Source: a virus (lineage: Duplodnaviria > Caudoviricetes). From it: 64,000 nucleotides of DNA. The stretch lies in the IMG/VR virus record IMGVR_UViG_3300028603_000022, positions 32,001 through 96,000 of that record; one strand, given 5' to 3'. The notes beneath the pieces are model-generated. The model was not told the DNA's origin and made no database searches. It saw only the letters and a program-made list of their open reading frames with translations. The translations under genes and the position numbers were made by a program. Shown piece after piece: positions 7,694 through 18,209 of this stretch. The first letter of the stretch is position 1. Every line of letters starts with the position of its first letter.

Positions 7694-10600
7694 ATGGAAG
7701 CGATTAACGCTGAGCGTAGTGATTTTGAGACTGAATTTCAGCTACCTGAAACTGCTGCTCGCCGCCCCAATGTAGGAACTAAATTTACATCTCCTATGGA
7801 GATGGTTAAGAAGAATCTTTATGGTATAGTTTTGAACGCCAACGCCCTATTCCGTTTAGGAATTATGGGCTCGCTGCTCAATGACCAGATGAATGAGGAA
7901 TTTTCAACCATAGACATGTCAAATGTCATTGGTTTCGATCTAAGTCCTTATGCTCAACCTATTACAGCGGATCGTCTACGAGAAACCGCGATGGTTAAGC
8001 CTGGAAATGGTAAATCCAAGCCTATTTCCATCGAATTTACTGAATCGCTGTTCAACATCGGTGGGGAAATTGTAGAGCGTATTATGAAGCTCTATCCAGA
8101 AGGTATTGATAAGGGTATTACACTATCAGCCTTCTTCCAACATATATACAATATGAACATAAGCGGTACTGTAATGACCGCTTTAACACCTTCTCTAGAC
8201 ACTTTCAAAGACACTTACCTAGACCCGCTAGATGATTTTGTAGAGTTCAAAATCAAGATTGTTACCCCTGAATACAGCGAATCAACCCACACAGTTAATC
8301 TAGATTTTACGCTTTCTATTGAACTAGAAGCGGATATTTATCCAGAAGTAATCGATTCAGAAGAATTTTCTGCGTATCTTGTTTACCTTTGGGTTTACAA
8401 TTCCTTACGTCTTACAAAGAATCGCCTTAACAAAATCGTAGACCCTCGTAAGGTGTCTGCGCATAAAAACTCTATGCTAAAACTTGGACCTATCAGACCT
8501 AAAGTAAATAAGTCTGGTTTTGCTATCCATGGTTCCGGTAATCCTATTTTCATTCCCCCTACTAGGGATATAATGGAGCAGTTCATTAAAACTGCGAACT
8601 CATGTATTGATGAGGACGGTGTATTCCGTAGGGACTTTCTTGTAGATGAGCATAAACTAGGTGACGCAATCATCTACGTAGACTGGGTAAACGATATTCT
8701 AGCGTACACCACGTCAACAGGCATTCTTTCTACGTACAACCTAGGCGATGTTGCTCCCTTTGACCCTGTTACAGAATATAACTTCCTTTCTACCCCGCTT
8801 AAATCCAACTACCTCATGCCAATCACCACTATCCTGACAGAATCGTTTAAGGATATAGAAGGTGAGAACGCGGCGAAATTTACCACGAATGAGGAAGTAA
8901 AGCGTATTCTTCGTGATCTTCCAGCGGTTCGTATATATACTAATATAGTTAACGCTACCAACGCTTCTGACGCTATTGATGCGTGTTTGTACCATGTATG
9001 CGGCGGACAGCTAGACGAGCTAGAAGATACACCAGGCCTAATAGAACTGGTTATGGCGCTTAAGTGCTTAATCAAATATCTCAATGAACTAAGGAAGTCA
9101 GACAAGGAAGCGCTTAAGCTTCCTTCTAGTATGCGTTCACAAGGTATTATTCATCGTCTTATTGGTGTTGAGTACGTACTACGAGCTATTGATAAGTATG
9201 ACGACAAAGTTATTGAGACCTATCGTCAAGCTTGGAGAACAGAAACAGCTAAATTCAAATCTGACCCCTCTGTTAGAACCTTCGACATCCCCAATATCAA
9301 AGTTGGTAAGGGTGGGTTAACTGGTCTTCTTCCACACCAAGGCCGTATTCTATCTTCTGCGATTAAATCACCACAGCAATCTATTAAGTCGGTCAGCACT
9401 GGGGGAGGCAAGACCATCATTTCCATAGTTCAATCGATTTTTGGTATTGTGAATACCAAAACGATTCCTATGATTCTTACTAAGGCGAATCTTATTCGTG
9501 GAACTATCACAGAAATTAATCAAATTTGTAAGGGTGAAATCAATGCTATTCCGTTTACACCCATTACACTACGTCGTATGGCCAGAATTTCTGGTATTGA
9601 TACTTTTGCGAAGCTGTTAAAGTGGTATCAAACTCTACCTAAAAACACCATCTTGGTTGGTAGTTATTCATCACTGGCTTCTAGACGAAAGCTATACTCC
9701 GATCTTGATATCGTAGATGGTTTCTGTGAGTTCTCTGTACCTACTACGCAGTTTATGCTTATTATTAAGCTTCTTGGTATCAGGTTCGTATCTGGTGATG
9801 AAAGTCACATGATTAAGAACCCTGAATCAGCGCGTTCTAGAAACAGTTACGCTATCTTCTCCCACGCGGATAACCGCGATGTTATGTCAGGTACAATTGT
9901 TTCTAATACCGTTCCTGATCTTGTAGGGCAGTCTAGAGCTATATCACCCTATATCTTTGGTGACGATCCTGTAGCCTTTGCGGATAGGTACGGCCTTAGC
10001 GCTGGTTTGATTAAATCAGATGCTGACGCTAAGAAGATTAAGGATCGTCTTAAGGCTACGGTAGCCTACCATGAGGCTAACGAAGAAGACTGGGCCTACA
10101 TGCTACCAGCGATGGACGACGAGATCATGTTTGCTAATATGACTCCTCTCCAACATGAGTTCTATAACCTTCTTATGCAAGAAGCAGAACTTATGCTAAT
10201 TGAACTGGAAAAATCCAAGAAAAAGATTAAAGCAGAAGAAGATGACGACGAGGAAGATGAAGAAGACGATGATGAAGGTGACAACGCGGATGGTGATGAC
10301 GAAGAAGAAGCTCGAATTGTAGCAGCGGCAAAGGTTCATCTACAAAAAGTAGAAATGTTCCTTGTTGCGCCAGACTCCAATGAACAGTATATGCAATGGG
10401 AACGTAAGCCTTCTGGTGAAGACCTAGTTTCTCCCAAAGTTCGTGAAGCTGATAAACTTATCGAAGCCCACGTATTAAAACATCGTGATGACCTACCTAA
10501 TAATAAGGTAATCGTGTTCGGTTGGAACATAGTATCCGCTGAACACTTTATGCGTCATAGTAAGTTCGCTTCCAAGTCCCTTCATTACACAGCTGGTAAT

Positions 10601-12247
10601 GAAGAAGTGATAAGACAGTTTGAAACTAACCCAACTAATATTATTCTATGCGCAACGGAAGGCAGCGTTCGAGAAGGGCTAAACCTTCAGATGACTTCGC
10701 TCATCTGCCGTTTGCAGAGCGTTTGGTCGCCAGGGGAACATAAACAAGTACGCGCTCGTATGTATCGTCCTGATCCTCGTGGCAAGTACAACCGCGATTC
10801 AGTTCGTCATGTCTGGATCATGACTCGTCTACCTAACAACCAGCCTACACTAGACGGAGTTAAAATCGCTCGTCTAGTGTCTAAATACGTATCTAATGCT
10901 AGACTTACCTATGAAGGTAGGATGGAATGGCGTAGGGTTTCCGCTGAATTTGACGAATTGAAGATGTTGAAGATGAACCTTCAACTTATCTTCCATTCAA
11001 GAGATTACGATCTGGAACCTTATTTCCAAGCTTGGAAGACATATGTTAATTGGGAAAAAGACCTTAACAAGCAAGCTAAGCGTAGGATGGCTGAAAAGCT
11101 TGAACAGGAAAACGATGTAGACCTGTTAGACGATAAAGGTAATATTACGGACATTAACAAGTTCATTCAGCTTGCTATGTACGGTGTAGAGTCTACTTAT
11201 AAGATTCCAGGCTCTAAACGTGTCTACGTACCGTTTATTCGTAATGCGTTGCCAGCTGACCCTAATAACTATGGGTTTTCTGTTCTAGGTAATAACGATA
11301 TTCCAGTAGGGACCGTTATATACACTGAATTTGGACCGGCTGTAGTTAAAGCTTCTATGAAGAAGGCCGTGAAAGTTCAATTGTATAATGGCCGTACCGT
11401 GTCTTTGAAAAAAGGTACTGTTCACGTAGCAGCCCCTTCCAAGTACAAGGAGTTCGCTAAAGTAGTTAAAGACCCGGTTAAGTGGCGTAATGAGTCCTTC
11501 GATCCCCACGGTGTTAAGGGTCTAGCCAAGGTAGAAAAAACCAAGATTAAGGATGAAGAAGAAGTTATCGAGGCTCTAGAAGATAATCTAGAGTCCGAGG
11601 ACATGGATGAAGTTGAAATCTTCGCCGGTATGCTTAACAGTTGGCCAGCCCTTATTATCGATGAAGATATTAACGAATTGAAAAATCTAGAAGGCTGGAA
11701 TCGTATTGATCCGTTTACTTCTATCACTTTCCGTAGCTGGGCTGCGGCAGAAAAACTGATCGAACTCCTTGACAGTAAGATGCATATTTCTGATAAGGTA
11801 TATGATGCTCTTATGGAAGAAATGGAAGAAATCCGTGAAGGTAAGGCTATGAGACTTACCAAACAAATTAATCCTCAAAAGTTTAGAAACTTCTTCCTAG
11901 ATCAAAAGAAGCGTCTTGGTAGAACCAAAAATGGTAAGGTCATCGTCAATCCTTATTGGATAGTTAACGATGAAAAGGTTCTTCTAGCGTTCGACACAAA
12001 CAGTCACGATCCCAACTTTATTTCTTGGTTGAACCGCAACAGAGCTAAATTCCCCGGCGTTGTCAAGATTACTAAGAACGACGCTATGTGGATTAACATA
12101 TTCAAGTCTGTCCGTGAAGCTATGCAAGACCTCAAGAACCTTACCAAGATAAGGTCTATCGATGTTGAACAAATTAAACGTGATCTGGTAGATGTTAAGG
12201 ATGAAATTCTTAAATTGAAGCGCCCCCGTAGTCGTCCTAACATGTAA
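7694..12247 (+). CDS. Large SNF2-family (SF2) ATPase/helicase
   Basis: LLPHQ Q-motif, STGGGKT Walker A, DESH motif II, SGT motif III, GLNLQ motif V, WSP...QVRARMYR motif VI. Confidence 0.88.
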   Translation: MEAINAERSDFETEFQLPETAARRPNVGTKFTSPMEMVKKNLYGIVLNANALFRLGIMGSLLNDQMNEEFSTIDMSNVIGFDLSPYAQPITADRLRETAMVKPGNGKSKPISIEFTESLFNIGGEIVERIMKLYPEGIDKGITLSAFFQHIYNMNISGTVMTALTPSLDTFKDTYLDPLDDFVEFKIKIVTPEYSESTHTVNLDFTLSIELEADIYPEVIDSEEFSAYLVYLWVYNSLRLTKNRLNKIVDPRKVSAHKNSMLKLGPIRPKVNKSGFAIHGSGNPIFIPPTRDIMEQFIKTANSCIDEDGVFRRDFLVDEHKLGDAIIYVDWVNDILAYTTSTGILSTYNLGDVAPFDPVTEYNFLSTPLKSNYLMPITTILTESFKDIEGENAAKFTTNEEVKRILRDLPAVRIYTNIVNATNASDAIDACLYHVCGGQLDELEDTPGLIELVMALKCLIKYLNELRKSDKEALKLPSSMRSQGIIHRLIGVEYVLRAIDKYDDKVIETYRQAWRTETAKFKSDPSVRTFDIPNIKVGKGGLTGLLPHQGRILSSAIKSPQQSIKSVSTGGGKTIISIVQSIFGIVNTKTIPMILTKANLIRGTITEINQICKGEINAIPFTPITLRRMARISGIDTFAKLLKWYQTLPKNTILVGSYSSLASRRKLYSDLDIVDGFCEFSVPTTQFMLIIKLLGIRFVSGDESHMIKNPESARSRNSYAIFSHADNRDVMSGTIVSNTVPDLVGQSRAISPYIFGDDPVAFADRYGLSAGLIKSDADAKKIKDRLKATVAYHEANEEDWAYMLPAMDDEIMFANMTPLQHEFYNLLMQEAELMLIELEKSKKKIKAEEDDDEEDEEDDDEGDNADGDDEEEARIVAAAKVHLQKVEMFLVAPDSNEQYMQWERKPSGEDLVSPKVREADKLIEAHVLKHRDDLPNNKVIVFGWNIVSAEHFMRHSKFASKSLHYTAGNEEVIRQFETNPTNIILCATEGSVREGLNLQMTSLICRLQSVWSPGEHKQVRARMYRPDPRGKYNRDSVRHVWIMTRLPNNQPTLDGVKIARLVSKYVSNARLTYEGRMEWRRVSAEFDELKMLKMNLQLIFHSRDYDLEPYFQAWKTYVNWEKDLNKQAKRRMAEKLEQENDVDLLDDKGNITDINKFIQLAMYGVESTYKIPGSKRVYVPFIRNALPADPNNYGFSVLGNNDIPVGTVIYTEFGPAVVKASMKKAVKVQLYNGRTVSLKKGTVHVAAPSKYKEFAKVVKDPVKWRNESFDPHGVKGLAKVEKTKIKDEEEVIEALEDNLESEDMDEVEIFAGMLNSWPALIIDEDINELKNLEGWNRIDPFTSITFRSWAAAEKLIELLDSKMHISDKVYDALMEEMEEIREGKAMRLTKQINPQKFRNFFLDQKKRLGRTKNGKVIVNPYWIVNDEKVLLAFDTNSHDPNFISWLNRNRAKFPGVVKITKNDAMWINIFKSVREAMQDLKNLTKIRSIDVEQIKRDLVDVKDEILKLKRPRSRPNM

Positions 12248-12275
12248 TTTCTATTTTAGATATAAGAGCATTGAT

Positions 12276-14075
12276 ATGTCAAATTATAAAGATTTTGTAT
12301 CTAGACAACTTGAGAGTATGGAGGTAGCTAGTCTACCTCCTACTCAATATACTAAATTAGGAGCTTATCTTCTTGCTAAAGGATTGGTAGTTTTAGCTGG
12401 TAATGGGGAAGGTAAAACCTACGCGGAACGTAACGCCGTCATAATGAAGGATTTGTTGAATCCAAGGTTCACTAAGAAATACGCTATACCAGAGAATTTT
12501 CATAAGTTTGACCCCTCTGGACCTGCTCTTTTTGTTAAGCCTCTTAAAGAGGCTATAAAAATTATGGTGGAAGACCCTAAAGTATCCGCAGAAGAAGCTT
12601 CTCTTTTGAAATTCGCGGTCAACTTTATGGAGAACCCTTCTAAGACTCCTAACTATATAGAAAGAGCTAGAAAACACGCTGCTACTATAAGTGCTGCTTA
12701 TTATCGGAATTTTGAGAAAGTAGTTGGTAAAATTCAAGGTTCTACATCTGGTAATAAGTCAAATATCGTAGATTTACAGAGACAATTATCAGAGTTAGTA
12801 TCAGAAATTACAGGCAAGAAAGCTAAACCAGACGTTCTCAACGTACCTAATACTACAATTGTAGAAATGAGACGTTCAGGTGGGGACAACCTAGATAAGG
12901 CACGCCGATACGCTCAAATGCGTAGGGAGTTAGGAGCTTCTTATGATAAAGACCTAATAGGTTTTATCTCATCAAAGAATCCTAGTGTAGTAAAAATTCA
13001 AGACGCTTATACTTATATGGATAAGCTAGGGTATAAGATACATAAGATACCAAATGTAGCCAAAAGCATACCTCTTAAATTAGGTATGTCGCTAGGTAAA
13101 CCAAAGTTTTACACTGGTGATGACCGTCCTATAGCGCAGAATATTCCTTCTAATGCTAAAGATATCAAACTATCACCTAGATACGACCCTAAAACAGGGG
13201 CTGGAGGTTATCTAACCTATACTTCCGATGTAGCTGCAGGTATTACTAGGGTATACACAGAAGCCCATCAGAATCAATCAGCTTCTAAAATATCATCTGA
13301 CACCCAAGCTGTTACCACTAAGATGACTTCTGTGTTGTCTAGATGGAAAAAGGATTTAACATCTACTGATCCCATCAAGAAGATGGGCGCTACCGCCTCT
13401 GTCATGATTTACATGACAGCTATGCGAGTTGGAGCTAGACAGACTACAGCGGCAGCTCAATCTGGTGTAGCTACCTACGGAGCTATATCCCTTAGACCTC
13501 CTCATATAATTCTACGTAAGAATAGTATATTCCTTAAATATAAAGGAAAGGCAGCTAGTAAAACAGGACTGGAGCAGCAACATATTATTAAAGTTAATCC
13601 TGCTGATGGTCTTACTAAGCGAGTCTATCAGAATCTTGAAAAGCTTATGGCAGGGAAGAAGAAGACTGATCTTGTCTTCTCTGTCCCTAATAAGAACAAA
13701 AATAAGAAACCTGTTGTTTTAACGTATGCTGCCTATATTCAGTATCTAAAAGACTCCGGTTATCCCGCTGGACCGCATAAGATGCGTAGAGTTCGCGGTA
13801 CTAACCTAATGATCGATCTTCTAAAGAAAGAAAAGTTCAACCTTTCTGTTAAAGCTTCCGGTAATCTTTCTAGGTCGCAGAAGGAAGGTGAACAGTTTGT
13901 TATTGAAAAGATTCTAACTCCTATTGCCATCTTGTTAGGACATAAGTCCGGTACAGGAGCTACGTTGTGGCGTACTACCGTGAAAAGTTATGTCGAAGTT
14001 AAGCCTCTTATTGACTTCTTCCAGAAGCAGGGTCTTAGAGCACCGAAATGGCTTCCGAAGAAGGCGTCAGATTAA
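12276..14075 (+). CDS. DNA topoisomerase IB-like protein
   Basis: Catalytic residues in expected order: MRVG, YGAISLR, YKGK, HKMRR, LGH, VKSY. Confidence 0.8.
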   Translation: MSNYKDFVSRQLESMEVASLPPTQYTKLGAYLLAKGLVVLAGNGEGKTYAERNAVIMKDLLNPRFTKKYAIPENFHKFDPSGPALFVKPLKEAIKIMVEDPKVSAEEASLLKFAVNFMENPSKTPNYIERARKHAATISAAYYRNFEKVVGKIQGSTSGNKSNIVDLQRQLSELVSEITGKKAKPDVLNVPNTTIVEMRRSGGDNLDKARRYAQMRRELGASYDKDLIGFISSKNPSVVKIQDAYTYMDKLGYKIHKIPNVAKSIPLKLGMSLGKPKFYTGDDRPIAQNIPSNAKDIKLSPRYDPKTGAGGYLTYTSDVAAGITRVYTEAHQNQSASKISSDTQAVTTKMTSVLSRWKKDLTSTDPIKKMGATASVMIYMTAMRVGARQTTAAAQSGVATYGAISLRPPHIILRKNSIFLKYKGKAASKTGLEQQHIIKVNPADGLTKRVYQNLEKLMAGKKKTDLVFSVPNKNKNKKPVVLTYAAYIQYLKDSGYPAGPHKMRRVRGTNLMIDLLKKEKFNLSVKASGNLSRSQKEGEQFVIEKILTPIAILLGHKSGTGATLWRTTVKSYVEVKPLIDFFQKQGLRAPKWLPKKASD

Positions 14076-14124
14076 TTATATACCTAGAAGAATAGTACCA
14101 TTAATTAGAGGAACAAAACTAGTT

Positions 14125-14394
14125 ATGAACTATCTACGTTGGGTAAAAGAAACAGCCGCGAATGTAGTAGACATGAATGCTTTCAAGGCTAAAATTAAAC
14201 ATAAAAAACAGAAAGAAGTAGAGAAAGAGCTTAGAGAGTTAGGTATAACACTTACTCATTTGTCTAATACAGGTGAATATAGAGTTAATTACAAACACGG
14301 TAGGGAAGCTACCGCTTACTACACTGATGATCTACAGGACGCAGCCTTAACAGGTTTTGCGCTATCACAACATAATAACCCTTATCCATCGTAA
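14125..14394 (+). CDS. Small hypothetical protein with leader MNYLRWVKETA
   Basis: ATG 14125 with AGAGGA RBS preferred to 13990, which overlaps the topoisomerase. Confidence 0.7.
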   Translation: MNYLRWVKETAANVVDMNAFKAKIKHKKQKEVEKELRELGITLTHLSNTGEYRVNYKHGREATAYYTDDLQDAALTGFALSQHNNPYPS

Positions 14395-14403
14395 AGTAAT
14401 ACT

Positions 14404-14568
14404 ATGATAGAGATCGGGGCTAAAGTTCGTGTAAGACACATGGTATTACCACTACTTGTAGTGGATATAATATCGAATAAGTTAGTAGTTGTCGCTTGGA
14501 AAACTACTACAGGAAAGGTATATGAACTTGTAGTCTCAAAAAGGGTATTAGAGAAGATAGATGCCTAA
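14404..14568 (+). CDS. 54-aa YodC/DUF2158-like small beta protein (below ORF track cutoff)
   Basis: MIEIGAKVRVRHMVLPLLVVDIISNKLVVVAWKTTTGKVYELVVSKRVLEKIDA; fills the gap and overlaps the ligase start by 8 nt. Confidence 0.6.
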   Translation: MIEIGAKVRVRHMVLPLLVVDIISNKLVVVAWKTTTGKVYELVVSKRVLEKIDA

Positions 14569-16369
14569 AGACCTTGAAAAGATAAAGAAGTACGTATCTT
14601 GGTTGAAGAAGGCAGATGACGCCTATTTCAATACGGGAAAGCCTATAGCTTCGGATGATAAATACGATAAAGTAAAACAGTATGTGCAAGATAATGATCC
14701 TAACAACCCATATCTTAAAAAAGTAGGTCATAAACCAAAAACAGGTAAAAAGGTCAAACTACCTTATTACATGCCTTCTTTGGATAAAATCTATCCAGAT
14801 AGAGGCGCAGAAGCTTTCTTGAAATCGTCTTCGGGCGATTTTTCTGTGCTTTATAAGCTAGACGGCGTATCTGTTCTAGCTATCAATCAAAACGGTGAAA
14901 CAAAGCTTTATACTAGAGGTAATGGCTCTGTAGGGCAAGATATCACCAAACTGCTTCCTTATATCAAAGGTGTAGGTACACTAAAGAAGAAGGAAGCGGT
15001 AAGAGGGGAGTTGATGATAAAACTCTCTGATTTTAACGCTAAGTTCAGTAAAGACTTTGAGAACCCACGTAATACCGTATCAGGTGTAGCTAATTCTGAT
15101 AAAATCAAGACCAAAGTGGCTAAGTCTATAGATTTCGTAGCTCATGAATTTGTCTTCCCTGTTACTAAATGGAAAGAAGCTAGAGTTAAGCTGAAGTCCC
15201 GTGGTTTTTTAACTACTCCTACGAAACAATTTAATAATCCTACAATTATCCAGCTAGCTAAATATCTTAAAGAGCATAAGACTAAAATATATGATATAGA
15301 TGGTTTGGTTCTTATTGATAATAAGACAGGTTCTAGAATCTCTTTCAAGGTGAACGCTCCAGCAGTTGACGCCGTAGTTAAAACCGTAAATTGGCAGCTT
15401 TCAAAACACGGAATACTAAAACCTGTTATTATCCTTGAGAAACCTATTAAACTAAGTGGTGTTTCTATTACTCGTGTTACTGGTCACAACGCGCGCACTA
15501 TCCAAGACTTAGGTATAGGTAAGGGGGCTATAATCAAAGTAACTAGAGGCGGCGATGTTATTCCGCGGCTCGATGGAGTAGTCAGGAAAGCTAAAAAGGT
15601 AGAATTACCGGATAACTTCAAATGGAATAAGACCAACACAGAAGCGGTAGCTACCAACCTATCCAAGTCTGATAAATCTCACATTGAAGTAAAGAAACTT
15701 ACAGAAGCTTTCCGTATTCTCGGATTCGACGGTATTAGATCAGCTACAGCCAAGGTTCTTATAGAGAACGATTATGACTTAATAGATACACTATTAGGTG
15801 ATGAACAGGACTTCCTAGACATAGGTGTAGGTAATGCTAACTCTGCTAAGTTGTATTCTGGTATACAAAAAGCTAAGAAGAAAGCCTCACATGGTAAGTT
15901 AATGTGGGCTTCTCACATATGGCCTTCTGGGTTTACTGATACTAGGTTTGATAAAATCTTATCTATTGCTCCGTATAAGTTACTTGTACGGGTTACACCT
16001 AAAAAGTTAATTCAAAGAATAAGTAATATACATGGGTTTTCTCCGTTTACAGCTACTGAATTTGTCAAATACTTACCCGATTATAAAGAGTTTGTAGAAG
16101 ATTTAGGTTGGAAAATTAAAGATCAAGCTTTCACTACAGAGTCTTCTAAGTTAGCTGGTAAATCTTTTGTCTTTAGCGGTATTAGAGACAAGAACCTAGA
16201 AGAAGAAATAAAGAAGAATGGCGGTGTGATTTCAGGTTCTATATCTAAAACAACTACAGCCGTAATAGTGAAATCTGTTAAAGCTACATCCACCAAGATT
16301 CAAAAAGCTAAAGAACTAAATGTACCTGTTATAGGTATTAACGAAGTTAAGTCTAAATATGGAATTTAA
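14561..16369 (+). CDS. ligA: NAD+-dependent DNA ligase
   Basis: Domain Ia DDAYF...SDDKYD, YKLDG adenylation motif, TRGNG, RGE, DGLV, RGGDVIP, C-terminal BRCT. Confidence 0.93.
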   Translation: MPKDLEKIKKYVSWLKKADDAYFNTGKPIASDDKYDKVKQYVQDNDPNNPYLKKVGHKPKTGKKVKLPYYMPSLDKIYPDRGAEAFLKSSSGDFSVLYKLDGVSVLAINQNGETKLYTRGNGSVGQDITKLLPYIKGVGTLKKKEAVRGELMIKLSDFNAKFSKDFENPRNTVSGVANSDKIKTKVAKSIDFVAHEFVFPVTKWKEARVKLKSRGFLTTPTKQFNNPTIIQLAKYLKEHKTKIYDIDGLVLIDNKTGSRISFKVNAPAVDAVVKTVNWQLSKHGILKPVIILEKPIKLSGVSITRVTGHNARTIQDLGIGKGAIIKVTRGGDVIPRLDGVVRKAKKVELPDNFKWNKTNTEAVATNLSKSDKSHIEVKKLTEAFRILGFDGIRSATAKVLIENDYDLIDTLLGDEQDFLDIGVGNANSAKLYSGIQKAKKKASHGKLMWASHIWPSGFTDTRFDKILSIAPYKLLVRVTPKKLIQRISNIHGFSPFTATEFVKYLPDYKEFVEDLGWKIKDQAFTTESSKLAGKSFVFSGIRDKNLEEEIKKNGGVISGSISKTTTAVIVKSVKATSTKIQKAKELNVPVIGINEVKSKYGI

Positions 16370-16371
16370 TC

Positions 16372-16716
16372 ATGGGTTATTTCTCTAAAGTTTTAGAAGT
16401 AGCAGGTAGACCACCTAAAACAGATCTTGAAAAACATATTAACGCTATCAACGGTAGTGATCTTTTCGATCTATACTACTCCAGCAAACCTTATGGGTCT
16501 GATACTCATGTAGAAACTACTAGAGATAAAGCTAACAGGCTTATGGATTATTTGGAGAAAAAAGGTTACAAGTCCAATAGACTACCAGATTCTTATCTAG
16601 GCCGATATGAAGTTATTGAGTCTGTAGAGCTTAAAAAGCGGGGAATTAAGGGTAATATTAAAATTACCAGTGTACCCTACTACGATCATTTAGCTAAAAT
16701 TCTTATTGAAGTTTAA
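16372..16716 (+). CDS. Small hypothetical protein with leader MGYFSKVLEVA
   Basis: 114 aa ORF tightly packed between ligase and protease genes. Confidence 0.7.
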   Translation: MGYFSKVLEVAGRPPKTDLEKHINAINGSDLFDLYYSSKPYGSDTHVETTRDKANRLMDYLEKKGYKSNRLPDSYLGRYEVIESVELKKRGIKGNIKITSVPYYDHLAKILIEV

Positions 16717-16730
16717 TAAGGTAACACCGA

Positions 16731-17519
16731 ATGTCTGATCTTAAAGAGCTGATTTCCAGCATGATTAGTAGAAATACCAATGACAGCTTGAATAGAGATC
16801 GGGCAAAAGTTAGTCTGATTGAATCCGCGTCATTCGGTACTGAAACTCCTATTGACGCACATAAAACTCCAGAAATAGGTAAACATCTGGAAGTTCAATC
16901 ATGGCTACCTATGGCATCACAGGTCTACAACATATCCCCTAATATCAAGGACTACGTTGTAGTACCTGTGATTATTATGCCTAGCGACCTTCCGAACCGC
17001 AATTCAGTAAGTTTCCCCCATGAGACCTTAATAGGCTTTAATCCTATTCAGGGTCGTCTTAATTATAAGACGTGGGCTGGTAAACCCGCGTATTCTGAAC
17101 ATAACCATTTCAAGATGGAAGAAGCTAAAGGTATTGTTTTCGATACCTATATGTCTAAATTAAACCACGCTAAGGGTAACTTATTTAAAGTGACCGCACT
17201 ATGTGGATTTGATCGTACTAAGGACTATGGATTAGCTCAGGAAATCCTTACTGGTAGACGTAAATCTTATTCTATGGGTGCTTTCGTCTCTCAGTATGAA
17301 TGCTCTATCTGTGGTGATTTATCTAAACGAGGTAAACTTAATACAGAATGTGGCCACGTAATTAGAGGTAAGCCTAAATTCTACGAAACTAAATACGGTT
17401 ATCTTCCTAGTTATTTGTTAGCTCGTATTGGTATTGAAGGATTTGAAGTATCTTCCGTTACTGTTCCAGCTTGGTCTTCTGCTGTGAACTCCAATATTAT
17501 GGATTTAGCTAAGGTTTAA
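16731..17519 (+). CDS. Putative prohead protease (HK97/herpes-assemblin fold) with Zn-finger insert
   Basis: PNRN, EHNH (His), YSMG (Ser), EVSSVTVPA; CSIC...CGH insert; upstream of scaffold and capsid genes. Confidence 0.75.
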   Translation: MSDLKELISSMISRNTNDSLNRDRAKVSLIESASFGTETPIDAHKTPEIGKHLEVQSWLPMASQVYNISPNIKDYVVVPVIIMPSDLPNRNSVSFPHETLIGFNPIQGRLNYKTWAGKPAYSEHNHFKMEEAKGIVFDTYMSKLNHAKGNLFKVTALCGFDRTKDYGLAQEILTGRRKSYSMGAFVSQYECSICGDLSKRGKLNTECGHVIRGKPKFYETKYGYLPSYLLARIGIEGFEVSSVTVPAWSSAVNSNIMDLAKV

Positions 17520-17523
17520 GTTT

Positions 17524-17991
17524 ATGGGCTACTTAAAACATCTTGAAAAAGCTTTTATCAATATGGGTGACGGAGAAGATCTTCGAATTTCTTCTACCGA
17601 AGAACTAGCTAAGAGAGTTATAACCATAATTCGTAAAACCCTAACTAATAACGGTCTTTATTATTCCAATGCAAAACAAAGTGCTATGTATTGGATTAGA
17701 TTTTCAGAGAAACCTATTAAGACCAACAAAGATTTACATAATAATAAACTTATCTATTCAGTAGAAGGTTGGCACGGTACTGGTTCAGGTAACAGAAATT
17801 ATGGTTCAAGTTTTACCATTTTTGACATTACCAGTCATCAAAATAACAAAACCTTTACAGTATTAGACTCATTATCTGTAAATGCGGGATTAGCTAAGTT
17901 TAACAGTTATGCGGATAAACGGAGTTATATAACTAATCTTAATAAGCTCGAACAATTAGCAAAACAAAACAAACTAGATTCCCTATTTTAA
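17524..17991 (+). CDS. Hypothetical protein with leader MGYLKHLEKA
   Basis: 155 aa ORF followed by a terminator. Confidence 0.7.
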   Translation: MGYLKHLEKAFINMGDGEDLRISSTEELAKRVITIIRKTLTNNGLYYSNAKQSAMYWIRFSEKPIKTNKDLHNNKLIYSVEGWHGTGSGNRNYGSSFTIFDITSHQNNKTFTVLDSLSVNAGLAKFNSYADKRSYITNLNKLEQLAKQNKLDSLF

Positions 17992-18018
17992 CATAAATTT
18001 CTGGTAATACTAGCGATA

Positions 18019-18052
18019 ACCCCGGTAGATTAAGTTCTACCGGGGTATTTTT
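18019..18052 (+). terminator. Intrinsic terminator
   Basis: ACCCCGGTAGA/TCTACCGGGGT 11-bp stem then ATTTTT. Confidence 0.85.
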
Positions 18053-18209
18053 GTGCGTGATTTTGTATTTTGGGAACATTAGGGCTCACCCCAATTTCCT
18101 CTAAGTTGTTGTTTTGTATTGGTTTCTGTAATTCTATCACATGGTACACGATTAACCTTGTATATCATACGGAAATTTACGTTAACCCACTCATTTTGGA
18201 GGCAAATTT

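Noticed and set aside
12276-14075. Integrase or protelomerase
   Set aside because: RVG, YGAISLR and KGK spacing fits topoisomerase IB better; no att or telomere palindrome seen
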